Shown here piece by piece: positions 34,361 to 40,762 of a DNA stretch of 40,762 nt. The stretch lies in the IMG/VR virus record IMGVR_UViG_3300038312_000388. One strand, 5' to 3'. The number at the start of each line of letters is the position of its first letter. Within the stretch, counting starts at the first letter, position 1. The notes under the pieces were generated by a model that saw only the letters and a list, made by a program, of their open reading frames with translations, made no database searches and was not told where the DNA came from. Position numbers and translations under genes: made by a program. The stretch comes from a virus.

Positions 34361-35683
34361 ATGGGGTATGGTGATTGGACTATAAATGGGATAACTCCAA
34401 GGTGGATAACTGGTGATGGTGTTGATTGGACTGAATTCCCCAAGGTAACATTGCACTGTGCAGCCTATCCTGACGATTTTAATGCGGATGCAAGAGATGA
34501 GATAGAAGCCTTCAAAACCATAGCTGCAGATGTTATCAACAATAAACCTCTCATGAATGGTGGGACGGATCTTCAGGTTTCACGTGATGGCCAGATCGTC
34601 ACAATAACAGAGGGAAATAACTCCTGGCAGGGCGCCCTTTATTATCCTCAGTTTATTGAAACTGAGTTTGCGGATCAGTTGATTCAGTGGGATCTTATTT
34701 TTGAGTTGCAATTGGTGAATCTCCCGGCTTATGCGATTTACAGTCCCGATTACAGGCTTTATCGGAATATTGATTATCAGTGTTGGACTGAGGATGTTCC
34801 GGCTCAGACTGGTGGAACGGTTAGTGCTTTCCCGGGTACCGTTTCAGATACTCCTGTGGCAAATGGTACTTGGGGCTGGGAGAATCAAGGTCTAATTAGT
34901 GGTGATGATGGTTACACAGCCCATGCCTACAATGACAGTGGGGGTGTTGGTGGTTCTAAGCAGTTAATAGCTAATAATTTTGGTTTTAATATCCCCTCTG
35001 ATATGTTTGTAAGTCGTGTTCAGGTTAAAATAAAGTATGCAAATAATAGCCGAGTGAGAAGCCCTTACTTCAACATTGCAAAACATTACATGACACTTGA
35101 AGGGCCGAACATGGGAAGCCCCGTGGATGAAACTATTAAAGATTACAGCCAAGGAACAGATCCCAGCAATATGCAGACTATTGTCTATGATACTTTAGAC
35201 AGGTCTATCCCGTATTTCTCCAAGAACCCTGCAGATTATAACAGTTCAGATTTTAAGGTGAAATACTCCGCTACTCTGGACAAATACAAAGAGGTTTGGA
35301 TTGATTACATTCAAGTAATCATCACATATGTTCCAAAGGACCAGGATATGAGTTCTGATCCTAATGCTGCAGGCCGTGAAATTGGAATCATGACAATAAC
35401 AGAGGACAGAGCAGTTAAACAGGTTGAAGTTCAAGGAAACGCGTGTAACTTACCCGCTACGTTAGCAGTGAATGGGAATATTCAGAGTTGGCATTACAGC
35501 CACGACCACAACACAGATGACACTGGGGAGGATGGCCTGGAAACTTTAACCTTTACCATTTCCCCACCATCCATGATTTTAAGCTTTTTATCTAGTCAGC
35601 ATTTGGCGCCTGTGGATGGCGTGAATTCAGCTGCGTTAAACAGTGGTTGTTATTTGAAACAGGTTAAGGTGGTGTATGAATAA
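34361..35683 (+). CDS. Putative distal tail protein with an inserted beta-sandwich domain
   Basis: Immediately after the tape measure gene; RBS aaggaggtg; aromatic/Gly/Asn-rich central region. Confidence 0.55.
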   Translation: MGYGDWTINGITPRWITGDGVDWTEFPKVTLHCAAYPDDFNADARDEIEAFKTIAADVINNKPLMNGGTDLQVSRDGQIVTITEGNNSWQGALYYPQFIETEFADQLIQWDLIFELQLVNLPAYAIYSPDYRLYRNIDYQCWTEDVPAQTGGTVSAFPGTVSDTPVANGTWGWENQGLISGDDGYTAHAYNDSGGVGGSKQLIANNFGFNIPSDMFVSRVQVKIKYANNSRVRSPYFNIAKHYMTLEGPNMGSPVDETIKDYSQGTDPSNMQTIVYDTLDRSIPYFSKNPADYNSSDFKVKYSATLDKYKEVWIDYIQVIITYVPKDQDMSSDPNAAGREIGIMTITEDRAVKQVEVQGNACNLPATLAVNGNIQSWHYSHDHNTDDTGEDGLETLTFTISPPSMILSFLSSQHLAPVDGVNSAALNSGCYLKQVKVVYE

Positions 35684-36060
35684 TGGACCCTTTTTATGTT
35701 TTAGATGATGCGGGGAATCCTATTTCTAATCTTCTTTTCCAAAGTGTATATGCGAACACTGAAACAGGCGATCAAATTATCCAGATTGGCAGTGACGTAA
35801 ACGACCTATCCAACGTAGTTATTCAAACTTATCCAGTAGATTCAAGCCTTATACCTAACAGTATGAGAGATGCAAGCGCAGAATCATATAAATACATTGA
35901 ATTAAGCCTAAATGAAGTCGGATACTCAAATAAAATCACAATTGACTCCATTCCTTATGGTACATATAAAAAGATTTATGTTAAATTGGATGTTCCGGAT
36001 TATGCGGATGAAGGAAACTTTCTCTGTGGAATAAAAGTCACAGCAACCTACTTAAACTGA
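35683..36060 (+). CDS. Tail/baseplate structural protein
   Basis: Coupled start; beta-rich. Confidence 0.55.
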   Translation: MDPFYVLDDAGNPISNLLFQSVYANTETGDQIIQIGSDVNDLSNVVIQTYPVDSSLIPNSMRDASAESYKYIELSLNEVGYSNKITIDSIPYGTYKKIYVKLDVPDYADEGNFLCGIKVTATYLN

Positions 36061-36071
36061 AAACTGGAGGT

Positions 36072-36908
36072 TTGAAAAAGATGGCAATAAACAATTATGA
36101 TGGCATTATAAATGCAAGAGCAAACGGTGGAGCAGATGACCCAATATACATTAAAAACACCAGCATAACACCTGCAGCGGCAGGGAACTGGTTATCCCTT
36201 CTACGGAGTGCAGGAAGCCCAGGCCCAATGGTGGGAACCGCTGGAAATAATGGAGGAATCATGAACGTTACAGATCCTGGAGCAATTCCACTCATAAATC
36301 CAGGATCTAACAATAAATACCTCCTTAAATGTGGAGTTTCAGTTCCCTCAAACAATGGAATTGCAGCACTCCTTTTAATTGATGTCCTTTGGTTGGCCAA
36401 TTACTCCATAGCCTCAAGCCCAGGAAACATAACAATGCCCGCACTCACAAGGTACACAGATGGTAAAGGTGTTCAAATTGGTTGTGCGGTGAATACAGCT
36501 CTTTCAAGTGTAACGCCAACGGTTACAGTGACATATAATCCTGCTAGTTCGGATCAGGGGACCGGTCATAGTGTCAACACTGGGGCTTTCGCCTCTGCAT
36601 TGGCAGCTCCAAAAATGATGCCACTTGCAACCCCAAACCTTCCGCTGGCAGCAGGTGATACCGGGGTTACTTCAATAACAAATGTGAATATAAGCGCTAC
36701 AGGAACAGGAAGTATTGATCTATTCTTATATAAACCATTGGCCATGATACCAACCGTAAACGCAAACTCTATTATCGAATGGGATGGATTCACACCTTTA
36801 TCTGTTGATAGTGGTAGTAATTGTGGTTGTATTGGTTTTCTGGCTTTAAGTGGCGGAACAAATGCATGTGCAACCCAGATGGCCATGTTAAGAACCGTAA
36901 TGGGATAA
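36072..36908 (+). CDS. Tail/baseplate structural protein
   Basis: RBS ggaggt; Gly/Ala/Thr-rich beta protein. Confidence 0.6.
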   Translation: MKKMAINNYDGIINARANGGADDPIYIKNTSITPAAAGNWLSLLRSAGSPGPMVGTAGNNGGIMNVTDPGAIPLINPGSNNKYLLKCGVSVPSNNGIAALLLIDVLWLANYSIASSPGNITMPALTRYTDGKGVQIGCAVNTALSSVTPTVTVTYNPASSDQGTGHSVNTGAFASALAAPKMMPLATPNLPLAAGDTGVTSITNVNISATGTGSIDLFLYKPLAMIPTVNANSIIEWDGFTPLSVDSGSNCGCIGFLALSGGTNACATQMAMLRTVMG

Positions 36909-36922
36909 ATGGGGGTTTTAAA

Positions 36923-39256
36923 TTGATAAATGTTGGAGTTTCACCTGACTACCAGCCAACCCCTACAGGTTTAAACCCAAACAGGCCTTACCGTCTGGAC
37001 AATGGAATAATCAAAAGGCGTGTTGAACAGGGAAAATGGCTGCCTTTCCAGGCAAATAACCCTCCAGGAACTGTAACTCCTGTTGACCTCCACAAAGGAA
37101 TCATTTATCCTGAATGGCCCCATGTAGCCATATATGAACAACCCGGGTCCACCGATGGAGAATTAATTAATTACCCTGTTTTTATCACAATTCCTTATGT
37201 TTCAGGTTACATGCGAAGCGATTTTCAGGATATAAGGTTTGCAACCCTAGATGGTAGGAAATTGGATTATTGTTTTGTAGATTGTGTGGATGGTGATCAT
37301 GCCGATTTCTACGTTAAAATCCCAGATTTGTCAGCAAGTCCAGCTATAAATAATATAAAAGTTTACTGTGGGAATTTAAATGCCACAACAACAGCAGATC
37401 CAGATAATGTTCCTGCATTTTATAATTCAATGGATAATATTTCAGATTGGACTGTTGTAGCAGGAACTTGGACAAATCCTGGTGCATACACTCAATCTGG
37501 AAGTGGTGTGAAAGGTGGAATAAAAATCCACTTTCTTGATGATGGTTCCCCCAAAAATTATACTTTCCGAATACAACGTACAAGTGGATCCAACTGGGGA
37601 GGTATCTTATTACGCGGTATCACTGCAGACGCAGGGGGTAATGGTTACGAAAATGGGAATTTATTCCTGATTTACTCTGATCACATAGCAGCATATCTAT
37701 CCACCAATGGAAACAGTTCGTCCATAGCTTCACGTAATTATACCTTTTCACCTGGTGTTTGGTATAACATCCAAATTACAACCACGACTACAGGTTTTAT
37801 AGTCAACGTCAACGGCAACCAAGTATTAAACGTCACTAATTCCACTTATCCCACCGGAACCACGATCCGTTTCCTTTCTTACGATCCCGACATGTTTGAT
37901 GAACTAAACGTCATTCCAACAGCAACCCCACCAGCCACTGGAACCCTGGGCGCCTGGAGTGAAACTCGATATGTTTCAGCCACTGAAAATATAATGGTTC
38001 AGGGAAACGTTCTAGGCGATAGTCCTATGAGCGCACCCAAACCAGACGATGACATCGTTTTTGAAGTTGACGGCGTGGAATATGCAGGTTTGGAGAATTT
38101 CAATATTGAAAAGAGGGGTAATGATGCTGCCTCCACATTTGATGTGTCCTATTTAACAGCAGATGATTTAATCTTAATGACTGGTCAAGGTATAACATTT
38201 AAGGAACGTTATGGTGATAAAGACGGATTTTATTCAGGTGCTATCCAGGATGTAAAAGACAGTAATGTTGACAGCGAAAGAACCTGGACCATAACCGGAC
38301 GAGACACAGGATCCAAACTCATATCACAACCCTTCACACTAGCTTGCGTAGAATCCAATCCCACCAGCTACACCTCCTACCAGTTATTGGACATGATTCT
38401 GGACGGAATGGGCGTTGAACTAGGGCCCTGCGTGGACATAACAGTAACAGGAATTGTAAACCAAAACAATGTCTTTAAAGGCTTCGGGGGTAACTGGGAT
38501 ACACGAGCAGCTGCCTTAAATGACTTATTGGCTTTGGTTAGTAGGGTACTGGGTAAAAATGTTAACTGGTTTATTGATAAAAAGGGCCTTCTTAGAATCT
38601 TTTACACAGATGTTCCAGACACGAGCATAGGAATTAGTATTTTAAAAGATAATCCACGGATGTTAAGTTTAGAGGTTGAAGAAAACAGTGAAAACCTTGT
38701 AAATAATTTGACCGGTACTGCTGGAGAAAATAATAATATAACGACTCATCTTCAGGATACGGCCAGTATAAACGGTTGGACAGACCCAGACACTGGTTTA
38801 ATCTGGCCTGGTTACGGTGTGCAAACAGGGGAGCCAATACAAGACTCAACAATAACAAACCAATCAGATTTAAATGCAAAGGTACAAAATGAGTTAAACC
38901 TACATTCCAAACCTATTTTCACAGCAACAATTGTTTTAAGCCGATTCCCTGATTGTGAAATGGGCCAACCCGTTTACTTCCCAGATCATTATAAACTCCG
39001 AGGAATGACTTTTGTCATAACTGCTATAACCTTAAACGGGGATTCTGCAGACCGTACAACCACGATAGTTGCAACAACTGATCGTTCCATAATTGGCCCT
39101 TTAAGTGACTATGAAGCCGTAAATAGCATTGCAAAGTACGCAGTTAAAGAGTATGCACCGTTTACTGCCGTGGTTACGGATGTGGGAAAGAATGGTGTAA
39201 CAGTGCAGCCGGTGAACGAACCTGGAACAGTTAACGCCCGAAACCTTGGAGGTTAA
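36923..39256 (+). CDS. Baseplate hub/Tal-like protein with N-terminal DUF2341-like and lectin (ConA-like) domains
   Basis: YMRSDFQDIRF..LDG..LDY...ADFYVKIP (DUF2341-like); GVWYNIQIT...V.VNGNQV (ConA-like); C-terminal W.ITGRD, WFIDK.G.L..F, GQPVYF hub pattern; TTG 36923 after gggggt. Confidence 0.7.
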   Translation: MINVGVSPDYQPTPTGLNPNRPYRLDNGIIKRRVEQGKWLPFQANNPPGTVTPVDLHKGIIYPEWPHVAIYEQPGSTDGELINYPVFITIPYVSGYMRSDFQDIRFATLDGRKLDYCFVDCVDGDHADFYVKIPDLSASPAINNIKVYCGNLNATTTADPDNVPAFYNSMDNISDWTVVAGTWTNPGAYTQSGSGVKGGIKIHFLDDGSPKNYTFRIQRTSGSNWGGILLRGITADAGGNGYENGNLFLIYSDHIAAYLSTNGNSSSIASRNYTFSPGVWYNIQITTTTTGFIVNVNGNQVLNVTNSTYPTGTTIRFLSYDPDMFDELNVIPTATPPATGTLGAWSETRYVSATENIMVQGNVLGDSPMSAPKPDDDIVFEVDGVEYAGLENFNIEKRGNDAASTFDVSYLTADDLILMTGQGITFKERYGDKDGFYSGAIQDVKDSNVDSERTWTITGRDTGSKLISQPFTLACVESNPTSYTSYQLLDMILDGMGVELGPCVDITVTGIVNQNNVFKGFGGNWDTRAAALNDLLALVSRVLGKNVNWFIDKKGLLRIFYTDVPDTSIGISILKDNPRMLSLEVEENSENLVNNLTGTAGENNNITTHLQDTASINGWTDPDTGLIWPGYGVQTGEPIQDSTITNQSDLNAKVQNELNLHSKPIFTATIVLSRFPDCEMGQPVYFPDHYKLRGMTFVITAITLNGDSADRTTTIVATTDRSIIGPLSDYEAVNSIAKYAVKEYAPFTAVVTDVGKNGVTVQPVNEPGTVNARNLGG

Positions 39257-39261
39257 AAAGG

Positions 39262-39852
39262 ATGACTTCACAAGGAGATAATTCAATTGTCTACACCACC
39301 CAGAATGGTGAAAAAGTTGCCATACCTCCAGGAAACGCTCCTTCAATTGGAGATAAGGTTCTGGTTCACCGGCTGCCAGATGGTACCCTTGCAATTCATG
39401 GAAATTCAAGTATAAATGTGGGAGACACCGTACTTGTAACACGAACACGAACTGGTGAGTATATTGCAGTTAAAGGTGGAGTGACATCATCAAATTGTGT
39501 AAAAGTTACAGATGGATTCCTTAGAGATGTTAACTATCAATATGAGGTAGTTAACTTAGGAACCTTCAACTTTAACTGGGATGGTAAAGCCAGGGTTTAT
39601 TTAATGCAGTCATGCCAGAACACACCTAATGATACGATATGGGCGGATGATTATATTCAGGTTACAACTTCCAAGGGAACCCTTAATTCCCCATCTTATG
39701 ATGACTCCAACCATTATATCCAGTCAGGACCGCCCGTAGAGATTACTTCAATGTTAGTGGTGGGGGATAATGAGATCACCATAAACATTTGCGACTTATA
39801 TGCCTGGTCCATAGGCTGCGCGCCCCTTTACATCGTCCCCTACTACGGATAA
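39262..39852 (+). CDS. Putative baseplate spike/tip protein
   Basis: Two short repeats (SIGDKVLV, INVGDTVLV) like OB-fold spike N-termini, then a beta-rich domain. Confidence 0.5.
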   Translation: MTSQGDNSIVYTTQNGEKVAIPPGNAPSIGDKVLVHRLPDGTLAIHGNSSINVGDTVLVTRTRTGEYIAVKGGVTSSNCVKVTDGFLRDVNYQYEVVNLGTFNFNWDGKARVYLMQSCQNTPNDTIWADDYIQVTTSKGTLNSPSYDDSNHYIQSGPPVEITSMLVVGDNEITINICDLYAWSIGCAPLYIVPYYG

Positions 39853-39976
39853 TTTAACTTATTTCTCTTTTTTGAGGTGAACTAAACATGTGAGTTAGCT
39901 ACCGCTATGAGCGTTTTTTGAAGTGTTTTGCTTTTTATTTTTAAGCATTTTTTACAGAAATTAAGGAGATGACTTA

Positions 39977-40762
39977 ATGAAAGATTATAATGGATTAAAA
40001 CTCGGTAAATTACCATTCAAAGAAGATAAACGTGATTTAAAGTTAGCCCGATACATTGATAAAACCGTACTACCCACACCACCGGAAAGCACAAATGATT
40101 ATGAGGCTTTCGTGGATTATGGAATGTTCCTCAATAATAGCATTGGAGATTGTGCGGTTGCCGGACCTATACACATGCTAATGATCTGGCTTACTCAGGG
40201 TGGGAAGAAGCCGGAGTTTGTTGATGATAACGCATTAAAAACTTATGAGGCCATTTCTGGCTACGTTCCAGGAGATGAATCAACAGATGTTGGATGTAGC
40301 CTAAGGGATGTCCTGAAGTATTGGAGAAAAGTTGGGATACCTGATAAAAATGGTGTAATGCATAAAATAGGGGCTTTTGTCCAGTTAAACTGTAAGGACC
40401 ATGAGGAAGTTAAAATCGCCCAGTACCTTTTTAGTGCAATTGATATAGGTTTCATGGTTCCGGCCTATGCCATGGAACAATTCCAGAACGGCGATATTTG
40501 GGATGTTCAAACTAAAAACAGTGAGATAGAAGGCGGGCACTGTGTAATCCCTTCAGGATATGGAACAATTAAAATTCTTAAAGTAACAAAAGAAGGACTC
40601 TGGGTCATTACATGGGGTAAAGCCCAGTTCATGACCTGGAAATTCTGGGACAAATACGTAGATGAAGCCTGGGCCATACTCGACACAGAATTCCTCAAGA
40701 ATGGTAAATCACCGGATGGTTTTGACTTGAAAACCTTACAGGCCGACTTAAAAGCTTTATAA
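39977..40762 (+). CDS. Papain-like cysteine peptidase, putative endolysin
   Basis: NNSIGDCAVAG (Cys), EGGHCV (His), VITWG; RBS aaggag; end of the structural module. Confidence 0.75.
   Translation: MKDYNGLKLGKLPFKEDKRDLKLARYIDKTVLPTPPESTNDYEAFVDYGMFLNNSIGDCAVAGPIHMLMIWLTQGGKKPEFVDDNALKTYEAISGYVPGDESTDVGCSLRDVLKYWRKVGIPDKNGVMHKIGAFVQLNCKDHEEVKIAQYLFSAIDIGFMVPAYAMEQFQNGDIWDVQTKNSEIEGGHCVIPSGYGTIKILKVTKEGLWVITWGKAQFMTWKFWDKYVDEAWAILDTEFLKNGKSPDGFDLKTLQADLKAL

Larger units (their letters stand above)
1..40762. mobile_element. Provirus of an archaeal head-tail virus (siphovirus-like), probably in a Methanobacteriales host; both ends may extend beyond the window
   Basis: Integrase, repressor/antirepressor, terminase, portal, protease, capsid, tail chaperone, tape measure, baseplate and lysin-like genes in canonical order. 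Archaeal PCNA and NikR homologs; GGAGGTGA-type RBSs. No att site identified. Confidence 0.93.

Noticed and set aside
36821-36922. N-terminal extension of the 811-aa ORF
   Set aside because: It overlaps the previous gene; TTG 36923 with an RBS is the more plausible start.
81-40698. Numerous 60-160 aa ORFs antisense to or nested in long genes (e.g. 81-404, 19134-19520, 24543-25028, 28161-28640, 31730-32131, 33269-33709)
   Set aside because: Shadow ORFs of well-supported genes, with no RBS or recognisable motifs.
34361-40762. Diversity-generating retroelement targeting tail genes
   Set aside because: No reverse transcriptase and no template/variable repeat pair differing at adenines was seen in the window.

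Overview
The whole window reads as an integrated head-tail virus (Caudoviricetes, siphovirus-like: long tape measure, no sheath gene seen). The host is probably a methanogenic archaeon of Methanobacteriales/Methanobacterium type. This is an inference from the NikR sequence, a VSGC lipobox, GGAGGTGA ribosome-binding sites and a PCNA gene. Gene order: tyrosine integrase, NikR-like copy 1, an AT-rich 3-gene cargo operon, RHH repressor with a divergent operator region, early operon (HNH-AP2, Bro-N, ASCH, OB-fold, PCNA, SWIM, YopX, many small Zn-ribbon ORFs), candidate replication origin, reverse-strand cargo (6TM cation channel, Ada-Zn lipoprotein), middle genes including a TFB-type Zn ribbon, holin-like cluster, terminase, portal and head genes interrupted by NikR-like copy 2, protease/scaffold, capsid, head-tail and tail genes (chaperone with a -1 frameshift, a reverse-strand moron, tape measure, baseplate), and a papain-like putative endolysin. 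The strongest novel signal is two virus-borne NikR paralogs with near-identical DNA-binding domains that have both lost three of the four high-affinity nickel ligands, in a host lineage that depends on nickel. A complete voltage-gated-type channel with a rewritten selectivity filter (TTDGGN instead of TTVGYGD) suggests a second ion-related host mimic. All family assignments come from motifs recognised by eye; no database search was run.
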